From the NCBI GenBank assembly GCA_018266795.1, contig JAFDZV010000039.1:15215-79214 (forward strand): DNA of 64,000 bases, written 5' to 3'. The first letter of the stretch is position 1. Every line of letters starts with the position of its first letter. The notes under the pieces were generated by a model that saw nothing but the letters and a program-made list of their open reading frames with translations, was not told the origin of the DNA and ran no database searches. The translations under genes were made by a program, and so were the position numbers. This DNA is from Bacteroidota bacterium. Lineage in GTDB: Bacteria > Bacteroidota > Ignavibacteria > OLB7. Below are positions 44,101 through 53,131 of this stretch, in pieces.

Positions 44101-46167
44101 CTGACGATGCCGCTGGTGTTCATCGGCAAGGAGGAGAACGATCGCCCGTCCGGCTCCACGCTGATCCCGAACATCTGCGTGCAGTACGAGAAGGCCGCCA
44201 ACAAGGACCGGCGCGAACGGCCGGTGAACGGGCAGCGCATTGCGTTCACCGAGAGCGTGAAGCCTGGCGATACGCAGTTCGAGACGGACACCGTCGTCTT
44301 CGGCGTGCAGTCCCCCACGGGCACCACGTACGACTCCATCCCGTCCACGCATCCGCGATACTTCCCGGTGGTTCGCCGGGCCGATCTGCGGCTTCCGGCC
44401 GCGCAGCATCTCACCGGCAACAACAATCCAACCTCGGTTGTCTTTGCTGACCTCTTCCTCAAGGAAGGATATCTGGGCGGCAATCCCGGGCAGGTGTTCT
44501 TCCAGCTTCTTCCCGGAAAGGAGCTGAACTTCGACTTCAATTCGAAGGGTGACCGCTCCGGCGGCCTGGTGAAGCCGAACATGAAGATCAGCGCCCTCTC
44601 GCGCCTCTCCGGCCCGATAGCCGGCGATGATGCGGTGAGCAAGTTCGGCGCCAGCGGGCAGTTCAACCCCAAGGATTTCTTCGGCAGCTTCGGCGGCATT
44701 CAGGCGAAGCTTTTCGGCGTGATCGATATCTGGGACATCATCGATGCCATCGGCGTAGACAAGAGCGACCTGATTCCAAAGTTCGTGACCGAGGCGCTGA
44801 ACGTAGTCGAAGGATTCCTGCAGGATATCGAGACCTTCCTCGGCTATGTTGACGAAGTGAAGAAGGCTGGCGGGACGATCGCAACCGTGATGACGAATCT
44901 GAAGGCCGACATCCAGAACATCATTGCCGCGAAGGACGATCTCTCAACGCTTCCATCGGCGATCGATACGTTCATCACGCACTTCAATGCGCTCCCCGGC
45001 GGCTACATCACCATCCCGACCACGGCCTCGATGCAGGACGGGATTCGCCGCGAGGCCGAGAAGAAGCTGAATCAGTTCCGGCAGTTGATCGATTCCGGTG
45101 CGGCGTTCGTGGATGCCGTTCAGAACTTCGCCAAGGCGATCGAGATGGCGAAGGAGATGAAGGTGAAGTTCGAGTGGAAGCCGGAGCTGCACGACTGGGG
45201 CTTCGATGCGGGCCATCCGCTCTTCATCGCCAACAACAAGGGGACCAAGGCGGTGTTCCTGATCTCGGTGGAGGTGCGTGCCAAGACCAACGGCAACAGC
45301 TCGCCGTCGATCGATGTGATCTGCGGTCTGGAGAACTTCACGCTGGATCTGATCGCACCGGCCAGCTTCATCAAGCTCTACTTCGACAAGGTGGAGTTCG
45401 TTGCAACGGCGGGCAAGAAGCCGGAGGTGAACGTTGGCCTTTCCAACATCGAGTTCGTTGGCGTGCTCTCGTTCGTGGAGGCCCTGCGCTCGCTGATTCC
45501 GCTCGATGGCTTCAGCGATCCGCCCGGCATCGACGTCTCCGCCGAAGGGATCAAGGCCAGTTACTCCGTGTCGCTCCCGAACATCGCGTTCGGCGTCTTC
45601 AGCCTGCAGAACATCTCGCTGGGAGCGGGCTTCTGCATCCCGTTCATCGGCCAGCCGCTCAGCGTCAACTTCAACTTCTGCACGCGCGAGAATCCGTTCC
45701 TGCTCACCGTCTCGATGATCGGCGGCGGCGGCTTCTTCGGCCTCACCATCGATCCTAGCGGCGTTCAGATTCTCGAAGCGGCCTTCGAGTTCGGAGCAAG
45801 CCTTGCGCTGGACTTCGGCGTTGCGAGCGGCGAGGTGCATATCATGGCCGGCATCTACTTCAAGATGCAGGCCGGCGACTGCACACTGACCGGCTATCTG
45901 CGAATCGGCGGCTCCGTGGATGTGCTCGGGTTGATCACCGCCTCCATCGAACTGAAGATGGAGCTCACCTACGAGTTCTCCTCCGGCAAGTGCGTCGGGC
46001 GTGCCACGCTCACCATCGAAGTGGAGGTGCTCTTCTTCAGCGCGAGCGTGGAGATCAGTTGCGAGCGGAAGTTCGCCGGCTCCAACGGCGATCCGTCGTT
46101 CCGCGCGCTGATGGAGCCGGAGGATACCTGGCATCCATGGGATGATTACTGCGAGGCGTTCGCCTAG
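41101..46167 (+). CDS. 1688-aa uncharacterised protein (B) with twin-arginine (Tat) signal and beta-rich amphipathic C-terminal module
   Basis: SRREMLGLVGGATLAATPAVAS matches the Tat consensus S-R-R-x-[FM]-L plus an h-region and an AxA-like site. Ordinary codon and amino-acid usage over 5 kb. The antisense 1232-aa ORF is Arg/Ala/Gly junk. No catalytic motif recognised. Confidence 0.8.
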   Translation: MRPTRLNLAALRSNLIPRSRRPRDIEEVIAQQGGPALSRREMLGLVGGATLAATPAVASVRTMLADGFEVVAGSDRVALMLGGQERWAIDARAFAGSPRLTVERTERRIVIELAGARYPGTAIPADLRCEIRPGLVRRTMSMEMAVGGFSCSMQLERWLLGVEPARARVQLPGHECSFETGSSLTLSGSGVASFTPDWCLDLEGGSIASLAGFGGAVHADAVQIALPDGAAPSLLDDRPQRRTLVSIQRGEQRWAIDPGARDFGGWNFRGHGESFDSVRAEFAEHHDGRTESALVADGAGENVRLEALMHDAYRNVEGAPFGIPLRNVRYAVAFNGSGRHAAVVANYSAEPAWLHTDGVSVLLGDDEERRLFELSGANGTVESQEVSPAMLATVVPLAGAAITRPAALPKGTRLAVVNDSRPEILAGHANHIAFNPNQPDDTPSMLLGKAAAIVVRPSDLVFLVFAFVGMKLSPKSGTGKATYERTGGDAKILVGFQPQNIAEEAFFETASGYPVATGNPSDPDKSSDGKDGTPAIPAPYAPPVRARMAGPSRLVFNVPPEVSSIETTLEDLLKYCGQMPMNVAPHALPPKDLSWHLVAANTFTLSNAGKFLGNSYKMQLAAMKGESLGTKGVALTTPGKLTGAQQLIMKSRSAALEKMDMSAGKAYRVSDSDIEKKIAVDYGSIAVTRPQFRAPKLDETAIESPYRLYISPNRYGAWAHAVKPVYGIRTGRVELWHSRLGVRDGTGVDEKDPRLRTIRAIWATDLDKLPPGTIPDHSNDPFRMSLDAFDRINIASLSSDFNLTGPSSPGKLRPPYLPLPIATERLMLSSLGAWMNVRGVWPRDTMPLGFSVEEWTHRAAMGRDTFVRVVYAGFLFPFGHYASVIKITERKFQPHPGNPAVKVAYLRQRMFIVVRQPEVTLRVSGLAIKDFVTGTDGINIDLQMPFTSARITTLITPNLDPPELSEIWPGKKQGAFWPRVNNQDFQFHMVLKDVDGNNVELTMPLVFIGKEENDRPSGSTLIPNICVQYEKAANKDRRERPVNGQRIAFTESVKPGDTQFETDTVVFGVQSPTGTTYDSIPSTHPRYFPVVRRADLRLPAAQHLTGNNNPTSVVFADLFLKEGYLGGNPGQVFFQLLPGKELNFDFNSKGDRSGGLVKPNMKISALSRLSGPIAGDDAVSKFGASGQFNPKDFFGSFGGIQAKLFGVIDIWDIIDAIGVDKSDLIPKFVTEALNVVEGFLQDIETFLGYVDEVKKAGGTIATVMTNLKADIQNIIAAKDDLSTLPSAIDTFITHFNALPGGYITIPTTASMQDGIRREAEKKLNQFRQLIDSGAAFVDAVQNFAKAIEMAKEMKVKFEWKPELHDWGFDAGHPLFIANNKGTKAVFLISVEVRAKTNGNSSPSIDVICGLENFTLDLIAPASFIKLYFDKVEFVATAGKKPEVNVGLSNIEFVGVLSFVEALRSLIPLDGFSDPPGIDVSAEGIKASYSVSLPNIAFGVFSLQNISLGAGFCIPFIGQPLSVNFNFCTRENPFLLTVSMIGGGGFFGLTIDPSGVQILEAAFEFGASLALDFGVASGEVHIMAGIYFKMQAGDCTLTGYLRIGGSVDVLGLITASIELKMELTYEFSSGKCVGRATLTIEVEVLFFSASVEISCERKFAGSNGDPSFRALMEPEDTWHPWDDYCEAFA

Positions 46168-46266
46168 CAGGCCCGCGCAAGCCGCCTCCGGACCGGCGCG
46201 CCGGCCGCACGGACTCCGTTACCGAACACGAAGCGAATTATCATTGCTCACTCAGGATAGAAGGTC

Positions 46267-49200
46267 ATGCCAAGCCAAAAGATTGTCTGGACTGCATTGC
46301 CCAAGGGAGTTCAGGAAGGGACGATGAGACTCTCGGTGTACGTGTCGCCGCGCCTCACGCCCCCCGGAGGGAGCGGCAAGCTGGGCTCCTTCCCGGACTT
46401 CTGGAATCCAGCAAAGCATCACTGGCCCGGCCTGGTTGGCGAACGTACGTTCGAGCTGGAGTTCCGCGTTGGAGGGGGGGCGAAGGTGGCGAAGGGATCG
46501 TTCTCCGATGGAACCAAGTTCGATGCCGATCTCTGGGCCGCGCTCTTCAACGACAAGACGCTGGTGAAGGCATTCAACTACACCGATCTCAGCACCCGCT
46601 TCATCCACAGTTATCCGGTGCGCACGGTGCTCGAGTACGTGAAGGGGATCTATCGTACGGTTGCCGGTTCGCCTACCCGCTTCCCGCGGCTTTCGCCGCT
46701 CAAGGACGACATGCCGATCCCGGACCTGCACGATCTGCTCGGGACGCTCGGCTCCGTCGCAAAGGACGAACGCTGGCAGCGCAAGCCATGGGACCCGACA
46801 CGATACGTGAAGGATCAGAAACTGAAGGTGCTGGATCCGGGCAAGTACAACTCCTATGGTTTCAGTTCGCCGGAGCAGATGGCGTTCGCGGAGGTGAATC
46901 GGTTTTACGACCGCCCGCACGCCGGCAATCCGTATCGCGAGTCGCCCGATCCCGGGCTGGCCGGCGTTCGCCATCGCCTGCCGGTGGAGAAGCCGGACTT
47001 CCACGCGATGCTCTCCGCGCTTGCGGACTATCCGCCGCTGATGCGGAAGCTGGGCATCGTGATCGACCTCGATGTGGTGATCCCGCCCGGCGAGTCGCTC
47101 GGGAGCCTGCTTGCTGCCGATGCGGTGCGTGTGAAGGCGGCCTCGAGCCAGGAGTACTCCCCATGGACCCGCATGAACAAGGAGTTCGTTCCGGTGCCGC
47201 GCGGCGGGAGCGATATCCGCGACGGCATGCTGCGGCTGGATGATGGAGACCTCTTCGAGATGGTGCAGGTGGATGCGGACTCCGTGGGCCTGAAGACGCT
47301 GCAGTTCGCAGGCTCCATGGAGCGCGTTGCGGCCGCGCGTTCCTCGTCGCAGCCGGGTGTGAACTACACCGTTCCGAACGAGGCATCGCTTCCCGCGGTG
47401 CGCACCTCCGGCATCGGCGTTGCGCGCAACAACCGTGCAATGGGCGTCGCGCAGCGCCTGGTGAACTCCAAGCAGTTGGATACCGCGCTCGCATCGAACA
47501 CGCCCGCCGATCTCTACGCCGACGATCTGGTGCGCGGGTATCGCGTGGATGTACGCGAGTCCGGCGGGGACTGGCGCTCACTCTGCTTCCGCAGCGGCAG
47601 GTACGTGCTGCTTGGTGGTTCGTATCCGGAGCTGAATCTCGATGACGAGGGATACGTCAAGAGCGCATCGTCCACCTCCACCAACGACGGCGTACCAACC
47701 GACGACGAACTCTATCTGCACGAGAATCTGTTCCAGTGGGATGGCTGGAGCCTGTGCGCATCGATGCCCGGACGCACCATTGTTCCGCAGACCTACGATG
47801 CCACGGGGAAGCCGCTCGTGCATCAGGAGGAGAAGGTGGAGAAGCCGGGCAACAAGGCCGTGGACGGTGTGAACATGGAGGTCTCCACCGGACCGCAGCC
47901 CGGCACGCTGCCGCGCCTGCGATACGGACGGAAGTATCAGATGCGGGCGCGCATCGTGGATCTCGCCGGCAACAGCGTTCCGTTGAAGGTCCCGGGGTCG
48001 TGGAAGAATGCGGACCCGGAGTGGGTCGCCATGTCCGTGGCGGATCATCCAACCGAGGTGATGACCTATTGCCGCTTCGAGCCGGTTCCGTCGCCCGCGC
48101 TGGTGCCGCGCGTTGCCTACGGCGAAGGGGAGTCCGCGGAGCGTGTGGTGATCCGGAGCAACTTCGACAAGACCACCGCCGAGTACATCGCGCAGGACTA
48201 TGTGAAGAAGGCGATCGACGGGAAGTGGTATGTCTATGCCGAGAACAGCGAGCGCCACGTTGTGCCGCCGAAGACATCGCAGTTGGCGGCCGAGACGCAT
48301 TCGCTGTTCGACGAGTGGATCGGCAAGGGGAGGTCGCACGAGAAGGCGTACAACATCTCCGTGAAGGAGGCGGGGACGCTGCTCGACACAGCGGTCGTGG
48401 ACATCTCCACCGGCACTGCAAGCCTTGCCGCGGACGGCATCGGCATCGTGACGCCGGCAGGCACGCCAACTCCGCACGCGGTGCTTCCGGGAACGCCCGC
48501 CGGTCCGGGCGAATACGTGCTGGACTCCGGCGGCCGTCTTGCCGCGGGCCAGTACGTGGTGCACAACACGTCCAAGCTGATTCTCCCCTATCTCCCCGAT
48601 CCCTTCGCACGCGGTGCCGCGTTCAGAGGGCTGCCGAAGGTGGATGCACCCGGCACGATTGCCGGCGGGCTTCACAAGGTGAAGCTGGGGCCGGCGTACG
48701 ACGGCGTGGTATTGAAGGTACCGTTCGAGGGCAACTGGCCGGAAGCAGCGCCGTTCCGCCTTCAGGTTGTGGAAGGAACCGGTGAACCCTCGTGGAACGC
48801 AGGCGAGCGGCTGCTGACTGTGCCGGTGCCGAAGGGACGCGTGGCCCATGTGATCTACAGCAGCTACATGGGGAAGGACCCCAAGACCTCCGTGCCGGAC
48901 TTCAGGTTGATGGGGCTCTCCAAGTGGAGCGACGATCCCGACGCCAAGCTGGGGCCGTTCTCCGAGACGGGAGGCCACTGGATGCTGACGCCGTTCCGGA
49001 ATCTCGAACTGGTGCATGCGGTTCAGCAGCCGTTGAAGGCGCCGGTGTTCTACAAGTCGCAGGTGCGGAAGTGGAAGATCGGCGACACCTACGTGAACAT
49101 CTACGGATTCATCGATCACGATGCACAGAGCACGATGAAGCTGGAGGTGGCCGCCGAATGGTTCGATCCGATCGACAGCCTCACGGCCGATGCGCCGGAT

Positions 49201-50751
49201 GACGATCCTGCTCCGGGAGGGACGGAGCGCTTCAATCATCGCGGCGTTGTCTTCTCCACACATGTCGACGACGACGCGCCGGACCTCCTGGCAATCCATT
49301 GCCCCGACGATGACGGCATCGGCCTGCCGCAGAGCTACTTCAAGGGGTTCCCCGGTGTGGAACTGCCGGCCGTGCAGGACGGCGATGCCTCCAAGCTGAG
49401 CGTGAATCCGAAGGAGGCCTCCGCTGCAACGAAGGAACCGACGCTCGAGAAGACGCCGGCGGACGGGAGCGGGCTCACACTCTCGAAGGCCGATCCCAAG
49501 CTGATCGGCCTGGAGAAGGCGGGCGACGGCTCCGTCAAGACCGGTGTGGCGCCCGGCAACGCGCCGTGGTGCCGTCATGAATTCCACGATACGAAGCATC
49601 GTTTCGTGAACTATCAGATCACCGCAACCACGCGCTACCGGGAGTACTTCCCGGAGGCGATCGTCAACGACCCGGCGAACATCACGCGTACCGGTGCCCA
49701 GTGGAAGAGCGTCAACATTCTCAACTCCGCAAGGCCGGATGCGCCGAAGGTTCTCTACGTTGTTCCAACGTTCGGATGGGAGGAGAAGAAGATCGGTGAC
49801 GAACTGGTAAGCCGGCGCTGCGGCAACGGCCTGCGGGTCTATCTGGATCGCCCGTGGTACTCCTCCGGCATCGGCGAGCTGCTTGGCGTCGTGGTGCGGA
49901 GCCAGAGCAACTTCAGCATAGGCAAGTTCGAGGGGCCGCTGAAGCCGTATCTGACCGATGTGGGGATGGATCCGATCTGGGGATCGGAGTTTACTCCCTC
50001 CACGCTGAAGATCAGCGACTTCCCGCTTGCAACGCATGGGGAGTACGGGCTCACGCTGGATGAGATCGGCGGGTATCAGGTTGGTGTTGCCGGGCATGCG
50101 GTGGATTACGACAAGGAGCGGCAACTGTGGTTCGCGGATATCGAGATCGACGCCGCCGACAGCTACTATCCGTTCGTGCGCCTTGCGCTTGCCCGGTATC
50201 AACCGGACTCCATCCCCGATGCGCATCTCTCGCGCGTGGTGATCACGGATTTCGCGCAGCTTGCTCCGGATCGCATCGCCGCGGTCCTTTTCGATCCGAA
50301 GGATGCCAAGAAGGTGGTGGTTGCCGTCTCCGGACCGTACGGAACGTCGAACCACGCACCGAACGCAACGAAGTTCAACACCTATCTTCAGGGCTCCAGC
50401 AAGGATCCCACCACGTTGGCTGTGCAGGGGATGTCGCGCATCCTGCAGGTTACCGTGGAGACGCGCATTGCCGGTTCGCCGAAGGATGCGCCGTGGCTGC
50501 TTCTAGGCGGAACGGCCGGTACGGCGATACTGCAGCCGGTTGAGAAGAACGAATCGAAGATGATCTGGCAGGGGGAGCTCACATTGCCGGAGGAGGCGCG
50601 GAAGCCGGGCGGACGGCAATATCGTCTGGTGATCACGGAGATCGAGATGCTTCCCGCCGACAACGGCGTACAAATGCCGGCGTTCAGCGACTACAAGTTC
50701 GAGCCGATCGCCACACGTCTCGTCTACGCAGATGCAATCGAACTTCAATAG
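46267..50751 (+). CDS. 1494-aa uncharacterised protein (C), no signal peptide
   Basis: Starts MPSQKIVWTALPKGVQEGTMRLSVYVSPRL. Uniform protein-like composition. Lies 99 nt after gene B and 11 nt before gene D. No P-loop, HExxH, protease, repeat-toxin or T9SS CTD motifs seen. Confidence 0.8.
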   Translation: MPSQKIVWTALPKGVQEGTMRLSVYVSPRLTPPGGSGKLGSFPDFWNPAKHHWPGLVGERTFELEFRVGGGAKVAKGSFSDGTKFDADLWAALFNDKTLVKAFNYTDLSTRFIHSYPVRTVLEYVKGIYRTVAGSPTRFPRLSPLKDDMPIPDLHDLLGTLGSVAKDERWQRKPWDPTRYVKDQKLKVLDPGKYNSYGFSSPEQMAFAEVNRFYDRPHAGNPYRESPDPGLAGVRHRLPVEKPDFHAMLSALADYPPLMRKLGIVIDLDVVIPPGESLGSLLAADAVRVKAASSQEYSPWTRMNKEFVPVPRGGSDIRDGMLRLDDGDLFEMVQVDADSVGLKTLQFAGSMERVAAARSSSQPGVNYTVPNEASLPAVRTSGIGVARNNRAMGVAQRLVNSKQLDTALASNTPADLYADDLVRGYRVDVRESGGDWRSLCFRSGRYVLLGGSYPELNLDDEGYVKSASSTSTNDGVPTDDELYLHENLFQWDGWSLCASMPGRTIVPQTYDATGKPLVHQEEKVEKPGNKAVDGVNMEVSTGPQPGTLPRLRYGRKYQMRARIVDLAGNSVPLKVPGSWKNADPEWVAMSVADHPTEVMTYCRFEPVPSPALVPRVAYGEGESAERVVIRSNFDKTTAEYIAQDYVKKAIDGKWYVYAENSERHVVPPKTSQLAAETHSLFDEWIGKGRSHEKAYNISVKEAGTLLDTAVVDISTGTASLAADGIGIVTPAGTPTPHAVLPGTPAGPGEYVLDSGGRLAAGQYVVHNTSKLILPYLPDPFARGAAFRGLPKVDAPGTIAGGLHKVKLGPAYDGVVLKVPFEGNWPEAAPFRLQVVEGTGEPSWNAGERLLTVPVPKGRVAHVIYSSYMGKDPKTSVPDFRLMGLSKWSDDPDAKLGPFSETGGHWMLTPFRNLELVHAVQQPLKAPVFYKSQVRKWKIGDTYVNIYGFIDHDAQSTMKLEVAAEWFDPIDSLTADAPDDDPAPGGTERFNHRGVVFSTHVDDDAPDLLAIHCPDDDGIGLPQSYFKGFPGVELPAVQDGDASKLSVNPKEASAATKEPTLEKTPADGSGLTLSKADPKLIGLEKAGDGSVKTGVAPGNAPWCRHEFHDTKHRFVNYQITATTRYREYFPEAIVNDPANITRTGAQWKSVNILNSARPDAPKVLYVVPTFGWEEKKIGDELVSRRCGNGLRVYLDRPWYSSGIGELLGVVVRSQSNFSIGKFEGPLKPYLTDVGMDPIWGSEFTPSTLKISDFPLATHGEYGLTLDEIGGYQVGVAGHAVDYDKERQLWFADIEIDAADSYYPFVRLALARYQPDSIPDAHLSRVVITDFAQLAPDRIAAVLFDPKDAKKVVVAVSGPYGTSNHAPNATKFNTYLQGSSKDPTTLAVQGMSRILQVTVETRIAGSPKDAPWLLLGGTAGTAILQPVEKNESKMIWQGELTLPEEARKPGGRQYRLVITEIEMLPADNGVQMPAFSDYKFEPIATRLVYADAIELQ

Positions 50752-50762
50752 GCCGGTGCAGT

Positions 50763-52757
50763 ATGAACCGAATGCTTTCCGTGGACAGGAGATGGATGTG
50801 GCTTGCGATTGCGGTGCTCGCGCTGCTTGCAGCGCCTGTGGCGTTCACCGGTGTGATCCACGCGCAGCCGGCCGGACTGCCGGCCGGGTTGCCGCCGCCC
50901 TCACCCGATGACATGCCGGGGCCGCTGGTGTTCTCCGGTTCGTCGCGCATCTACGGGCAGATCGCCAACAGGCGCGGGACGTATCAGTACACGCCAGAGG
51001 ACTTCGCGACGCTCGAGCTTCATCCGTCGCTCGCATTCTACGGCGCCCCCTTCACGCTCAATGTTCTCCTCTCCACGGAGCAAAGCACCTATCGGCAGAA
51101 CATCAACAGCGTCAGCTTCGATTTCGACTATCACAAGCTGGAGGGGACGCTGCTGGACCGCGCGTACGCGAAGCTCGGCGAGCTGGACGACCTCAAGGCA
51201 CTCGCCGAGGCAACCGGCGGCGTGGAGAAGCTTCGCGATTCGCTGGAGCGCGTCGGCTCCGACAAGCTGCGCGATGTGGATCATCTGAAGGACTATGCCG
51301 ATCTGGACAGGCTGAAGGATCATGCGCTCTCCGAAGGGATCGACAAGCTGGACGAACTGGGGCTCGTCTCCGGGGCCGAGAAGTTCTTCGCAAACTTTCC
51401 GGCGATCAGTGTCGGCGTCACCTATCCGAACTACACCAGCCTCACGCTCAGTTCCGTTCCGGTCACGGGATTCAACATCGAATGGAATCCGGGCAACTTC
51501 TACATCGCCACATGTGCAGGGAGGGCGCAGCAGGCAATCGTTGTTCCCGGCGTTGTGGGGAATGTATCGGGCGTGGTGGACTCCGTGCTGGTGAACCCCG
51601 CCTACTCGCGCAAGCTCTACGCGGCGCGCATCGGCTACGGAAAGAAGGAGGGGGCGCATGTGATCCTCACCGGCGTGTACGCGAAGGACGATCAGAGTTC
51701 GCTGCCGTTGGATACCAACGGCTCACCGCTCACCCCGATGGCCAACTACGTTCTCGGCCTGGACGTGAGCGTGCCGATCGTGGAGAAATATCTGGATGTG
51801 CAGGGGGAGGTGGCCGGCTCCATGCTGACCGGGGATATCTCCGCGGCCCAGATCAAGAGCAACGATATTCCGGACTTCATCCGCACCACGTTCGATCCCA
51901 ACATCTCCAGCCTGATCGACTATGCGTACGCCGGCAAGGCCGTTCTGCATGTGCCGGAGAGCGGCACGAAGCTCAGCGCGTCGATACGGAAGATCGGTCC
52001 GGTGTTCTTCTCTCTCGGTGTGCCAACCCTTCGCAACGACAATCTTCGATGGGAGGGACGTCTGGAGCAGCGGCTGCTCGATGGCCGCATCAATGCCGCG
52101 GCCTACTACAAGCACGATCAGGACGATCTGTATCCCGGATTGCAATCCTCGCTCTCCACCATCACGTCGCTCGGCCTCTCGCTCGGGTTGAACTTCCCGA
52201 ACCTTCCCTATCTGCGGCTGGAGTATGCGCCGTATCAGCAGCGGTACTCGCGGACGGAGGACAATGCCGATGTCGTGAACAGGACCACGCTCCTCTCCGC
52301 ATCGGCGGGATATTTCTACAGGATCGGCGGGCTTCGTGCCGGCACCACCGCGTCCTATTCGTCGCAGCAGAGCAACACGTTCGAGGCGCTGAGCGATTAC
52401 GGCGTTGCCACTGCATCCATCGGCCAGAGCATCACGTTCGACGTCCCGCTCATGCTTCAGGCCGGCTTCACAACCTCCAGCCTCAGCGCCGGCGACAGCG
52501 CCCAGCATATCATCTCGTTCGACCTTGCAACCTCCTACACGGCGTTCAAGATCTGGACCAACACCGTCGGCGTAACGCTTGCGGACCAGAGCGGTTCCGA
52601 CAACACCCTCGGCTTCTCGCTCACCAGCTCCGTACAGCTCTGGCAGAACGGATTCTTCGAGGTGCGTGCCGAGAAGAACGCATACAAGAATCTCCTGGTT
52701 ACGGCGGCCAACTTCGATGAGTTCCTCTTCACGGCATCGTTGGTGACTACCTGGTGA
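50763..52757 (+). CDS. predicted outer-membrane beta-barrel protein (D) with a helical DxLK/RD-repeat insert
   Basis: Signal peptide (WMWLAIAVLALLAAPVAFTGVIHAQP). Long runs of alternating hydrophobic/polar residues with Gly/Tyr/Ser/Thr/Asn bias. C-terminal aromatic residue (FTASLVTTW). Confidence 0.65.
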   Translation: MNRMLSVDRRWMWLAIAVLALLAAPVAFTGVIHAQPAGLPAGLPPPSPDDMPGPLVFSGSSRIYGQIANRRGTYQYTPEDFATLELHPSLAFYGAPFTLNVLLSTEQSTYRQNINSVSFDFDYHKLEGTLLDRAYAKLGELDDLKALAEATGGVEKLRDSLERVGSDKLRDVDHLKDYADLDRLKDHALSEGIDKLDELGLVSGAEKFFANFPAISVGVTYPNYTSLTLSSVPVTGFNIEWNPGNFYIATCAGRAQQAIVVPGVVGNVSGVVDSVLVNPAYSRKLYAARIGYGKKEGAHVILTGVYAKDDQSSLPLDTNGSPLTPMANYVLGLDVSVPIVEKYLDVQGEVAGSMLTGDISAAQIKSNDIPDFIRTTFDPNISSLIDYAYAGKAVLHVPESGTKLSASIRKIGPVFFSLGVPTLRNDNLRWEGRLEQRLLDGRINAAAYYKHDQDDLYPGLQSSLSTITSLGLSLGLNFPNLPYLRLEYAPYQQRYSRTEDNADVVNRTTLLSASAGYFYRIGGLRAGTTASYSSQQSNTFEALSDYGVATASIGQSITFDVPLMLQAGFTTSSLSAGDSAQHIISFDLATSYTAFKIWTNTVGVTLADQSGSDNTLGFSLTSSVQLWQNGFFEVRAEKNAYKNLLVTAANFDEFLFTASLVTTW

Positions 52758-53106
52758 GGGAGTGATGAGCGATGAGTGATCGGTAGAGAGCCCTCCGCCC
52801 GCAGCATGGCCTCGACTCTGATGAACGCCGGTTCACCGGTTCGTTGATTCCACTTCATTCCGTCCTATCCCCGACAAGCCGCGTCCAACCCCCGGACTCC
52901 GACGCTCGGCGGCTCGCGCCGGCGGGGCATGCGGGCGCGGCGAGCGCCGGCCATGCCTGTCACAATTGCAGGGTGTCGCCTGTCCTTGTGATATTCGAGC
53001 GTACTGGCCTCAGCGCACCTGCCTGCCGATTCCGCAGTCGATTCCCGCGATTCGATACGGATATTCGGTTCCTGACCTGCATCATTCTGCGATCGGGCAC
53101 AAGGTG

Positions 53107-53114
53107 TAGATTTG
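53107..53114 (+). promoter_or_regulatory. possible Bacteroidota-type -7 promoter element (TAnnTTTG)
   Basis: TAGATTTG at 53107-53114, 18 nt upstream of the ATG at 53132. It matches the Bacteroidota sigma-A -7 consensus. This is a single motif match only. Confidence 0.25.
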
Positions 53115-53131
53115 CCCCCTTATTTCGAGAT

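Noticed and set aside
52844-53131. 96-codon extension upstream of the YkgB-like gene
   Set aside because: Non-protein-like composition (Arg/Ser/Pro/Cys). The ATG at 53132 is preceded by a TAGATTTG promoter-like element and starts directly before the first TM helix.
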